Shown here: positions 12,141-24,800 of the stretch, in pieces
Layout: each line of letters opens with the position of its first letter
Numbering within the stretch: the stretch's first letter is position 1
From: Phoronis australis
Taxonomy: Eukaryota; Animalia; Phoronida
Assembly (NCBI GenBank): GCA_002633005.1
Contig: NMRA01000118.1
Coordinates: 620,707 to 684,706 of the forward strand
Length of the DNA: 64,000 nucleotides
Direction of reading: 5' to 3'
The notes under the pieces: model-generated
Told to the model about the DNA's origin: nothing
The model's input: only the letters and a program-made list of their open reading frames with translations
Databases searched by the model: none
Made by a program: the position numbers and the translations under genes

Positions 12141-13150
12141 TAATCGTCGACAGAGATTTAAAGTGGTACAGACCCCCTGCCTTGATCCGCGCCAGCTAAC
12201 GTGCATAGGAAATAAGTACCAAGGACGTGGTTCACAGCGAATGTAGATTTGCCTTATCCGCAGTGTACATGTATGTATTACCTGTCCTAAACGGTAGGTC
12301 CACATGACCCGACGGCCAGTGTCATAACATGCCCCCACCTGATGGTCGGTAACAGAAAGTGTCGCCACCTGATGGTCGGTGTCAAAAAGTGTCCCCATGA
12401 ACTCAGTGTCAGGTTTGCGTGCATTTTCAAGAGCAGTATTGGGCCAAATAACCATAGATGTTTCTTTGCTGCTTTATTTGCTCAAAAACACCTGAGACGG
12501 GAAGAACGGTGCAGGAATTTTTACTCATCGCTTATAAAATCAAACTCTTCTTATCTTTGGTTACGTGCCTTTGAGCAGTTTACAAAGAAAAACACTAACC
12601 GCACCTTTGCTGAACTTGATGCGGGCGGGCGGGCCCGCGTTTTTTCATTCGGTGAGCGTGTGCCTCAAAATGAGTCGGGGCAGACCGGAATCAACACTAT
12701 GCTTTTTGGCCTTAACATGTATTTGTAATCAGACTCAAGACGGATTTGAACTCAAAAGTTCAGCCGGGTCCCATATCGACGCCTTGCGAGTTCCGATACC
12801 GCGGCAGGTGGTGCTATAGTGGCAATCCCCCGAGTAATTTAAAAGTACTAGAACTGAACCAATAGCTTTGATTTCAGAAATTGAATATTTCTTTCAAAAT
12901 TCCCCCAAATACAACGGATTTTGCTGTTTTATTGGTCTAGGGCCAGTTTATTAAAGATACCATAGACTTTAAATTTTCTTTTGATTTTTTCTCGAAAGTT
13001 GATTCTTTTGTCTTTTACGTTTCTCGAAAAATTTTGTCCTTCTTACCGTTCAAGCAGCTACAGATTTTTGTATTTTGGCTTCGAATTGTAGACAGACTTT
13101 TCCAGCATTCTACCTTAACCTGATTTTCATGAAAGGGCTGTAGCCGTCCG

Positions 13151-13243
13151 CATGCGCGCACCCAGCCTTCAAAATGGGGGAGCTCGAATTCCTGACGTTA
13201 TGGTGACACTGTGAAATGCGCGTTTGCCCTGGGTGCGCGCATG
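13151..13243 (+). mobile_element. Internally deleted MITE family A copy with 5-bp TSD GTCCG
   Basis: Perfect TIRs CATGCGCGCACCCAG / CTGGGTGCGCGCATG, with gtccg at 13146-13150 and 13244-13248. Confidence 0.85.
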
Positions 13244-13339
13244 GTCCGTAAGCTCATTTTCAGCCGAATGTCAGACGACAATAACCAGTCGAGAAACAGG
13301 TCACTGTTTAAATCTCATTACTTCACAAACAGTCCTACC

Positions 13340-13500
13340 CAGTGGCGGATTTAGAGGGGGGCCAAGGGGGCAATGCCCCCCCCCACCCTAAAATTCTCCC
13401 AGATTCCATTTGGCAGCTCAGGGGTGCGAATGTCTGACGGGCAAAATCCTGGCTAATACTCTGCCCTGCCTCCCTAACTCAAATCCTGGATCCGCTCCTG
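13340..13500 (+). mobile_element. MITE family B copy with 5-bp TSD CTACC
   Basis: CAGTGGCGGATTTAG...GGATCCGCTCCTG, with ctacc at 13335-13339 and 13501-13505. Confidence 0.85.
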
Positions 13501-13814
13501 CTACCAATCAATTATCAAAGGAATTTGCTTTTTCCTCAGATTGTTTCTATTTAATGGATCATCCGGGCATTCATTGCATAATGAAAGGCACTGATCCAGT
13601 TGTATGAGGCCGTGAAAATTTATTGTGGCATAGCCCTTAAAACATAATAAATTGTGCACGAATACTCACTTCATAAAACGACCAGAAAAAGCTCAATATT
13701 TTGAACGACAAACCTCGCCACGAGCAACGGTGTCGATTGGGACGATCGAGTATCTATGGTGGAATGGAAAGTGACGACCGTCGAGCGTGGCACTGAGGAC
13801 ACTTGTAGTTGTAC

Positions 13815-14592
13815 CTAGGCAATACATCAACCTGGATGCTGCAGGCATACCGAGGGGTAAGCAACACGTAGCCCCTCGGTTGGCCGGTTAGGGGCTACAA
13901 TACTTCCCATCGCTTCTCTACGCATTTCGTTCCATGTATTTTAAACGGGCGGTAGGACAAACCCGGCCACCGATTTTTAGTTTTCACCTCGTCAAAAATA
14001 CAGTCCATACTTAAATTTATCACTTAGAAAAACCCTTAGTTTCTTCATTAGTCCTTTCTACTTCTATACATATCTTCGAGGAAGCTTAGTTGTGAGAATT
14101 AAGGTGACTTTGGCGAAGAATTCCAACTCCACTTTTTTGGTTGCCGTTAACTTTTTCACCACGCGCGCGATAACCACAAAGTGTGTCAATTACTGAGTCA
14201 CGTGAGTAAGGCAAAAGCTAGCGCGAGATTGAGCGACGCGCGGGACACTAGCGGGTGACACTTGCAAAATAGCATGAGAAGGTATCAGGTGAAATTTGTA
14301 AGATTTGTGTTCTTTGAACTTTTTATTCGTCAACATGCGTGATTTGTTCACGTAACTTCGTCAAAATGGCACCCGGTAAGAGAAACTCGAGTAAACCGCG
14401 ACAGATTTTCATCGATTTGTTCAACTATCCTGACTGAATCGTCTCCAGATTTATTATGTGTTAATTATAACTCCATGTGCATGCATGTTTCATCTGATTT
14501 TATTTCCTGCCATTTTGAAATTCGTAGTGTTTGTGGGGATGTACTGTCGCCCCTGTATATGCCTGCGGCATCCAGTGCGATGTAATTACCTA
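13815..14592. mobile_element. ~780-bp non-autonomous DNA element with ~45-bp imperfect TIRs
   Basis: Left taggcaatacatcaacctggatgctgcaggcataccgagggg versus reverse complement of right taggtaattacatcgcactggatgccgcaggcatatacagggg. No transposase ORF. Confidence 0.6.
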
Positions 14593-17500
14593 CGTGGTGC
14601 CTAACTTGTACCTTGATACACCGGTACAAAGTACAAATTAAATAAGCTCGTGACGATAACACGCCATAGCAGGTGGTATACTTTCAACATTAGCGACATT
14701 AAAGCCTGCATCTTACAGAATGTCCGAAAGAAAACTGTTCTTCTCACCTACATAGGCTCACGGCTGCGATTGCCAGTCCTCCGAGTCAGTTGAGGCAAAG
14801 TCCAATACAAGTCAGACGCAAATTCACAAAAATTGCCAGTCCGTCCTTAAAAAGAATATTGCATCTAAAATTTCGAAAGCACCCGGCCGCCGGGCGTACT
14901 CCGTGTTGTGATCCCTTTATCAACTTGATAACGAGGTCTTGACCTGTTCTAAACCATCTTTACTCAGGGTCAACGCAGAATGTTGAATGCATAGTATTAA
15001 GATGTAAATGTTTACCAAGACCCTATATCACATGCACGCTGGCGCCCCTAGTGGAGGTCAACGAAGAGAGTTCATGGACCAGTTAGTGGAAACAAGGGGT
15101 ATGTGTGTGGAATTGCACAACACTCCTTTGTGGAAAGCCTGACAAGCGAACCGATTAGTATTGTAAGACGAACGTTGAATCATTGCTTTTTTTAGAAACA
15201 TAATGTCCGAAAATGAATTACATATAATATCAACTTCATGTAGATAATGGGGCTACTCAGAAAATTTACAATAACTAGAGGGCGCGCGTGTACTAGTGGT
15301 GATAGATTAAGCAGCCTCGATTTCGCGAGCCCTTTAAGTACATGGTGGAATGGCTTGCAGCCGTGCCAACTGAATCTGAGATTGCGTAAAAAGGGTGCTT
15401 CTATGAGAGGAAGTAAGCACGACCTTATACAAAGGTAAGGTTTGTGATTATTTTATCGATTATTCGATGCCTGTTATGACTGAGGTACTCGCCGATGTCG
15501 GGTTATTTTTGTTTGTTGTGATGCGTGTTTAGATACTTGACGTTAAGCTCGGGATATTTTCGTACATCAAATCATTATTATTGTTCAGAATGATTTCTAA
15601 CAGGTTTATCAGTGATAGTTACATCAATCTATGCTGAATGTTTATGCTGTCAACTCGATATTGGTTAGTGAGTTAAGATTACAATCCAAGCCCTGTGGCA
15701 AAAGGTACGTGACAAACATGCATTGCATTAGACTATTTGTTTACTCCCTATCATATGTCTTCCGGAAATCTATTACACGTTGAAATGGGAAATCTATCAT
15801 GTCTGTTTTCACGTGACCTTTAGCCTTTAGGTTTGAGGGCTGCACTGTACCTGAATTGACAAAAATTGGTTTCTGCAGCTCAGCAAGATCTTAATTCCCA
15901 TCCAGAGCAGATCTGTTGTCAAAGCTTACTTCTATATCGGAGACAACGAACAAAGCCTTTGAAAAGGGACAGTTATTTTTAAATAAAGTTATGTAAGTCG
16001 TTTTGTTAAATTTACTTATTCAGGTCCTTAACGAGGGATTGGCATAGGGGGTTAGGGTTGTACAATTTGGTGAAACTGAATGTGTGGAAGTAACAGGTAA
16101 TACATGTCTGGGGGAAAGAGCATGGTAAGGTTTTTATTAACCGTCTTGAAGTTCCTTCAAGTTTATTTCACGAAACTGTTTTGCTATCAATAGTAAACCC
16201 ATGAAAATGTATTACATTTTCTGAATTCTCAGTGACTGAATAGTCTTAACTCGTGCCTTGAAATGTTGCAAGTCGTTTACAAATTCAAATGACCACCATT
16301 TTTGTGAAAATTGCATTTGTGATGGTGCCTTACGATTTGTAATTACTGTTAAAGAACAGAAAGATTATCCATCATTTTTAAATGACCCAAGTCTTCATAT
16401 CTTCTATTAGAAGAAAAATGAAAATTCCGAAAAACGGTTCCCTCAGCCTTAGACTAGAAGTATGCTTGAGAGACCCATGAATCTGTAATCGGAGTTTAAA
16501 AGTGCTGAAAGTATCAAAAATAAAAAGGCTTGGAAATGGGTAAAAAAGGTTTGAAGTTGTCGAAAAAAAATTTGTATGTTTTGCAGTCAACTGATGCGTT
16601 TAAAGAATTGTTATGCCTACGAATGAAAAATAAAGACCATTGGTTTCTGAAAATAGTAACTATTTAATTTTATGTGAAATTGTAGGGCAGTCACCATTTC
16701 ATATTTTTGAAAAACAGGGGTAGCATTTTTGACCCAACCTGGAGTAATTAATTATTCGCATTTCAATATTCGTTCCAGGTTCAGTGACATTTTAAGGCCA
16801 CTTCAAGCCGCAACATAGACAAGCTTTGTTTCTCCGTTCTCTTCCCACAGCACTTCCACACACCAGCAGTGATGCATGGCACAATGTAGAAGTCGGTGGC
16901 CCTGGATAAATGTTAATCGCAGTACTAAGTTACCATAAGACAATGTGTCAGTGGATTGTTTGTGTATGAAGAGGAAATATATCTGACTGCGACACAAGTA
17001 AGCCTCGTCGGTGAGGATGCCCTTTAACAGCCAATGAGTCGTGTGTGGACAATATTTCCTTTCCTGGAAAAAAACATGAGGGACTGAAGCTAAAGAAGAC
17101 CAAGTGAAACTCTGGTCTAGTTCAGGGTCGGATTTGGCGCACAAACGATTCAAGTGATATGCTGTTTTGTTTACCTTCAAGGGTCTAATTGTGGATGTTA
17201 TTGAGGCTGAATGAAGTTACGTGAAAGAAAGCCACATGCCAAAACTGGACCTTTTTACAAGCGCTTCTATAGCCCATTGAAACTAGATCCCAGTGAAATA
17301 AAAACCAACAGCATCTGGTATAAATACCTGTCATTTCTCACTGAGTGACATTAACTTTTCCTTTCAGAAGTAAGGCTCTATACTAATGGTAAAAACTTTT
17401 CAATTTGGTACACATTATGTGTAAATGACATTCAGTGACTGCATCGATTGTTTTATCGTCAGCAGAAAGCCCGTTAATGTTACACTTTGATTATCAAATA

Positions 17501-19470
17501 AATTTTTAATCAAAAGGCAAATTTGTCACTAATTATTGAAATCACAATATTTCTTCAGTTTTAAAATCCAATGCAGAGCACTAAGTGCTTATTCTTGATA
17601 AAGCTGAAGTGATTACCGAATACGCTTGCGAATTGTCATTTTCCTGTTGACCTATACATGTAGCAATGTCCACCGATCAAAATGAAGTATCCCCTTTGTT
17701 TGCGTTTGATTTGTTTGTGTGTGTAATTATTTTTAGAGCTTTTTCAAGAAGACCTTTGAACAACTTAATGGTTTGTGTTAACTTGCCTATGAACGAAAGT
17801 TCCACATGCAAGAAAAGTAATACTATGTTTTCAATTGTAGCTAGCTGGATCTGCTTTGCACAAAATTCCAGAATAAACAATTATCAGTGTATTTAAAAAC
17901 AAAATGGCAAACTGAACAAGCACATACATACATACAAAGAAACGACATTGCAATGGAGTCTATAATCAGGCATATCAAGTGCTGTATTCCTGAATTAGGA
18001 TCATTTCTCTCAGGTTATTGCTGAAGGATTGCCAAAGGTAAACTAGATGGTCAGGCGGTTGGTTTCAGTCGTTTTCTCTCACCTGTAACAGAATATTGGG
18101 AGAAATATTTGCAAATTTTTGAAGAAAACACAAGACAAACTACTTTTGTAAGGCAGAACATACTTGACGTTTCATCATAATGTTTATATGTAGAAAGTAA
18201 TAATCTTTGTACCCAAGTCTTACTTAGTATCTTAATTAAAATATGTGAAACAGGCTAAAAGTGATTTTATTAACAATGTGTATTTTTCATGATACTTAAA
18301 TTGTGCTTCTGATCTCAACAAGCAAAATTCATTCTATGTGTAAATTTTTATTGCAATGCAATGTTACAACATTTACAGAATTAAGGCATATTCATGTTAA
18401 TTTGGTTATTAATATGGTAGTCCTGGGGTGGGGTCCGCTATAAAATAAGGAAACTCACTCATCTAGAGAAGCTTATGTTTATTGGACACAGCATAGTTTT
18501 GAAGAGAAACTGCTGTGAAAAAGTCACCATCGAGTTCTAAGCGTCACGTACCATACACCTCTTATATTGGGCACACTTCTACCCAGGACAATATAAGCAT
18601 GTGCTGCTAACCTACCCGGCATCCGAGTCCCGGGTGAGTTTCCGAAAAGAAACACTTAGCTCCACTCAATAAACCCGTTATTCAGTGGGGTAACTGGTGG
18701 GGATAACATCACCGGACGATGTCGATAGAAACTGATTGCTAAAAACTTACCAAGTAAATGGAAATGCATAGAGTACACAATGGGCTTCAACATCCACACA
18801 CTTTTTGTCAGTTGGTTGATCCTTTTGACCGCAATTGTCCACGAATATAGTAACCTTAGGTCTTTTGGGAATTTGTGGTCACCTGTCGAAGACTTGCACC
18901 ACGGAAAATAACTGTAATAAGGCTGAGCGCGACGACGTATTTTGATAACAATTACATCTTTTACCAGTTGTTTTTATGCAGACAGCGACGCATGCCCAAT
19001 TCAATCACCACTAGTACAGCAGCATCACCGTCAGGAGAATTCTCCGAATAGCCCCATTGTAAATGTCACCCAGTTGTGAAACGTTGCCAGCCCGGTGTCT
19101 TTTTAACATGAAACACTACGGCAAGTTTTCGAGCAACTTTTGTCAGTAGTTCTGGCTATGCCAGTGAACCACAGAATACTATTTACTATATTAAATGCTG
19201 AACTTTTTCACACCAATTAATCAAAACAGTTTTGTCAAATAAGAAAATCAGGCACTAGAATAACTTGCCCAAAAATTGCTGTAGCCCCGTTTTGGGAAAA
19301 TATTAACATCTGGGGATTCATAGTTGATTAAAAACTTTCTATGAAAAAATATTTTGACTGATATTGATATTTTGTATTGAAAAGGATAATAATCGGAATA
19401 TTGCAGGGTCTACTGACAAGGGTATGTAGGTCAATTAGGATACCAGTGCCCAGGTTTACACAACTGCTTC

Positions 19471-19613
19471 CCGTTCAGTAACGCTAGGACCTCGCTAAAA
19501 AGCAAGACTTCGCGAGATTACTCGAGACATTGCCGTGTATTTCAAATGAGAACACGTGACTTTGTCTAGATTTCAGCTAGGTCCTAGAGTAGGTCCTAGA
19601 GTTACTGAATCAG
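19471..19613 (+). mobile_element. MITE family D copy
   Basis: TIR cgttcagtaacgctaggacc...ggtcctagagttactgaa. The internal sequence is the reverse complement homolog of 35929-36069. Confidence 0.75.
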
Positions 19614-21047
19614 ATCCCCAAATAGTAAAGTGCACTTGGACGCTTTTTGCGTATCTAAAATAACTCTCAAAGACATTGATGAAATTTGGACAATTCCCAA
19701 AAATTTACTCACAATTCAAATGACAATAAATGCTTAGGTTTTTGACTTCGGTACAAGATTTGTCGTTTAAACTCACTAACAGGGGATCAGAAAGGAATTA
19801 AGTCATTAAATCAAGGCAAACATATTGCTCATGGATTCGATTGTTGATTTCTGAATTACATGTTTATGTATCTACGAAAATGAGCTAGTTGGTTGATATT
19901 TTTTTTTACAATTAGAAGCAGATCTTGCAAAAAATGACAATGCTCCAATGAACTTAGTTGCAAGCAGACATTGGGAAAATTCGATCTATCATCAGATCCC
20001 CAAAAGTAAAAGTCTCCTAAAGGATATGATTTGTCCATCTGAAAGAAGTCTTAAAGATATTAATGAATGTCGGACAGCTCTACAAAATGTCCTAAAATCT
20101 AAAATTTTCTCACAATTCAAATCACAATAAACTGTTTGTTGACTTAGGAAATAAATTAGTGGGTTTAATTTCACAAACCGTAGATCAAAGAAGCTTTAGT
20201 ACTTATTTAAAAGAATAAAATTAAACTTATTGCTGATCAACTGGGAAAGGTTTTCTTTTTACTTCCTTGATGTTGTTAGTTTCCAATGGCATTGCGCAAA
20301 GAATTTTCTTCAAAATTGAACCATTTGCTTTCCATTCCTGTGCATACTACACACGCAGATCACGTCATGACTGACGCACTACGATAAAAATAAGAACTAT
20401 GCCCTGGGACTGCATAGAATCCCAGTGATTCACGGGACCTGAATTTCCAGGCGTTTAGGTATTTTCACTTTTGGGTTGGCCTTTTCTGTATCATTCCCCC
20501 CAGCCACAAGGAAGTGGACTACCGGCTGAGTTTCATGAAGGGATTTTGAAACTGCCCAAAGGCACTCATACCAGGGACCTCGGGACCTCACCTTTCAAAA
20601 TATTCCTTCAAAGAATGGCCATGATAAATGAAGTTTTCTCGAAACTTGATCATAATAAAACAAATGTTGACCTTAGAGCCAGGTACGAGTTTAGCTGGCT
20701 GTCTCAGGTGAATCATAGCTACTAGCTCTAGTTCATCGATTCCACTGCTGGAACGCAGCTACCCGTCAGTACACTGGTCCTAGACTCATTCTTACTCTCC
20801 ATGAATTTTTGTTGGTTCACGGTTACCCAAATCCTGATGGCTGTATCTCAGGTATTACCCCCCCCCCCCCAACGCACTTATGGCGGTTGTGGGGGGTCGG
20901 TACAAATATGGTGACATCCAGAGAACGGGGGCGGGGTGGGTGAGTGTGCCGACAGGAAGGAGGTAGGCTGGCGAGGTCGAATTGGTTTTTGCCCTCCCAA
21001 TAATTTTTACCTTCCTACTGGCCTGTTTGTTAATAGGTTTATTTTAT

Positions 21048-21195
21048 AATGGGCGGCGCACCATAGGGGGATAGGGGAGCAAACAGCACGCACACTTTTT
21101 CATTTCTAAGCCGCTCAAGGTCTATGGGCGGTGCACCACAGGAGAGCTGGGGGAGGGGCTTTAGCCCTCCATTTTTTCAGTGCTGCGGCTCCCAG
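21048..21195 (+). mobile_element. MITE family C copy (degenerate ends)
   Basis: Shares ggcggcgcaccataggggg...ggtctatgg...ggtgcaccacaggag...ttttttcag with 7248-7387. Confidence 0.7.
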
Positions 21196-21867
21196 CTTAA
21201 TTGTAAGTTGCATTCAGCTTTCGGTAGCAAATATTCATGTCAGAATCTAATAAATAGTCTTTGAAGTTGTAATATTAAAATTAAAAAAAAAAAAAAATTC
21301 TAAATAACAGTCAGCATGGCTTACCCACACGTGAGCACCGAATTGACCTTGAGACAGCACAGCTAGACAGACTCACTGCATTGCTTGAGTTGGGGCTCGT
21401 CTCCTTTGAATGAAAGTGGGTATTGAATTCGCCGCCGAAGATGTGGCCGTTTAAGAATTTGTTTGGAGTTCCTTCCGAATAGGAGTACGTACAGTTACGA
21501 CACCCGATTTGTCAATCATAACCTTGTCACCTTCTCGGAATTTACCGGCATTGTTTGGTTGGCGCGCGTTTGGTTGTTTTAGTGTTTTGCGGACGATAAA
21601 ATGTAAGGCGTATGAATTTCTACTTTGCACTACTTTGTGATTTGCCCATGTAATATCAAAAAAAATACGTACTCGGTGTTATTGACCAGTCGTGTCGTAG
21701 CACATTCCAGGGCATGTGAGTAAAGAAAATACCTTTTCCTGATATTCATATCCAGACTTTATTCATGCTCGAAATCGATGCAGTAAATTTGACCTTTATA
21801 AATTGTCAAAAAAAAGCTGCAAGCTGTGCGATATTAAACAATTTCGTATGCCATCGCCCACGAGGTT

Positions 21868-24800
21868 TCACGTCTTCTCTGCAACCAAGGTGTGTGAGCA
21901 TGTAGACGCCAAGGAAATGCTTTCCGGTTCACTCTCTAAGTCACTTCCGGTATCTGGGTCCTGCAACATCCTCTCAAACGCAGGGACACTTTCTCCGCTA
22001 TCCGAGCAATGACTTTCTTCTTTTTTTACGGGATGCACTTTTTTTCTAAAGAGCTTTGACCGTAAGTAGATTTTATTCTGTTCCTTTTCGTCGTCTTCTG
22101 CCAAGTACCCATCATTGCCGTTATCCTCACTACCGTTCGACTTTGACTCTTCATCGTTATTACCCACATCTTCACGGCGTGTAGTATTCAGGGTCCAGTC
22201 GCTGGAATATATAAACGCGCCATTTCCCAATTTGTGCTTGACAACACCAACCAAGAGAAAAAAAGGAAACGTTTTGGTACACGTACATTCAAATGTGAGA
22301 ACACGAGCCCAGCAGTAATTTGCAGGCGCTATAGTGTGAAACAGTGGCGACCACTACATCAGGGATTCCCTAAAGAGATTTTGCCTCCCCAAAAACCTCT
22401 CAAGTGGTCCTTGGAACAAAAGTAGTTGTAATCTTTCGGAAACTTTTATTGTTTACGACAGAGCTCGTGTTGAACAGTGGTCTTTAATAAAAGTGCTGTA
22501 AGAAGAAATATATGGCTGTACTTGATATTAGAAAAGGCAAATTGCTTAAAGGCACTATTTCCGCTTCATTTTTGTTAAAAACTTCATGAAACGGATCTTT
22601 ACGCAAACAGTTTTATTCGAAACCTAAGCCCAAATAATTGCCTTCGCCATGGCATCGAATTTTTTTATAATGAACTGAATTTAATACAGATTTTTTTAGC
22701 TTAATTTTTTATTTTGTGTGGTGCACCAAGAAATAAATGGATGCCGGACGAAGTGTCAATCGAAGATTCGAGTGTCGAATATGAACTTGGAGTTTCAATT
22801 AATCTCAAGATCGTATACAGGCCTAACGTGAACTCGGAATACCCACTCAAATAATTACGTTCAAGCTACTATAATTAGTTAACGGGTGAAATAAGTGCTT
22901 TTGGAACCNTTGCAGGCGCTATAGTGTGAAACAGTGGCGACCAGCACATCAGGGATTCCCTAAAGAGATTTTGCCTCCCCAAAAACCTCTCAAGTGCTCC
23001 TTGGAACAAAAGTAGTTGTAATCTTTCGGAAACTTTTATTGTTTACGACAGAGCTCGTGTTGAGCAGTGGTCTTTAATAAAAGTGCTGTAAGAAGAAATA
23101 TATGGCTGTACTTGATATTAGAAAAGGCAAATTGCTTAATAGATTTTGAATTTGACATGAAATACCAGCCAGTTTTTACTTTAACAATAGGTTGGACAAG
23201 GTTATTATCCACTGACAATTCAAGTCATTGATCCAATTGGAATATTTCAACAAGCCTTTTAGGGACCAAAACTGAAATATATAATAACTATTGTATTATA
23301 TTACAGTTTCATCTCTGTAATGCCACAGGTATGCAAAACGAACCCGAATGATTCCCAATTCGGTCATTTCTGGGTTTTGCTTCGATGGAAGGGGCCCGTT
23401 GATGGCACCTCTGGCCAGTCTTTGCCTGTTTTTATTTAAATCCCCTTAAGGGACCGCTATTGTAGGGCCACAAATGATGGAATCAATTGCTTGGGTAATG
23501 GGATGATAGAATTATACACTGTAATTGGTACTCTTTCCCTGACTCAGTCCTGCCTTGAGAAGGCGCTACGGAGTCACTTAGCCTCTGTCTCCTATTTAGC
23601 ACTGGTAGAGAGGAGACGTAACATTTCGAAGGTTTAACTAAATCGAGAAAACTATAGAATATGTCCATGTAAAGCACAACAGCATCAATAAGGCATACTA
23701 CGTGAGACTTTAACTGAGAAAAAAAAAACACTTTAGCACTGGATGACGGAGTTTGAAGAGCTTGAAGACTATTATGAGTTACACAAAAACAGTTTTCAGC
23801 GGTATATTTTTCCAAAATATTCCAAGAATTGCATGTTTTTTGAAGATCTCAACATGGAAAACATAGTGAATAAAGAGAGATTTGTTCGTGGGAGACTCAT
23901 AAACGTCGATCGGACTGTCGTGGTGTGCATACCTTTTGGTGACTGTGTGCAACGTGTGTGGCGAACGGATTACTTCTCATGCAGTTTCATTTGAAATGGA
24001 CACAAATCCGCAAACACAGTAATTTCGAACAATAAATTATCTGTGGGGACAATTCCACACTAAAAAAATTGTATTAATACTCCATGTTTAATATTTGCGC
24101 CGACTACAGTATTTATACATTTGTCGCGTACAAATACATGTACATGTCGGACGTGTATTTGGATAAGACTTTTGTCCAACTTCTGGCTTGTCCGCTGAAA
24201 ACTCCGATACTGTGTACTACGGATTTGAAAAAAGTTGTGCATTTAACTCGAAGGTGTGGGCCTTTAGAAATATTGCAATGCCTTGTGGCGGCCTAACACG
24301 TCAAGATTATTTTCTTTCGGTAACTTGAAAGGGTTTATAGCTTCTGATTTAGACGTAATGTATCTGACAGAAGCTTGTAAGATATTGACAATGTTTCAGA
24401 GAACTTCGATGTAGGTTGAAATTCTATAAAATCCTTATGATCCAACTACGAAACAGCAAAGAGCGCTAGGTGATTTTTTCCAACCTGAAATATGGATGAG
24501 AAATTGGTGTTTCGATCAATTTTGACGTCAGTTGACTATACTCTCTCAGTTCTACGTCATTTGGTGATCTGCTACCAGAAAGGTGAGAACTCGTGTTTCA
24601 ACTATTGAATTGTATATAACAATTTACCAAGTACTCCGTAACCCCGCGCTCTTTCCAAGTTTACCTCCAAAGCGTGAAGCTACGTGAAAGTAATCAAGTG
24701 TGTTTTGACAATAACATTCATTTCCACTCTTCAAAAATGCCACAACCGACGTCTCCAAGATGTTTCGTAATCTCCCCGTTTTCCAAATTCCACAGAACGC

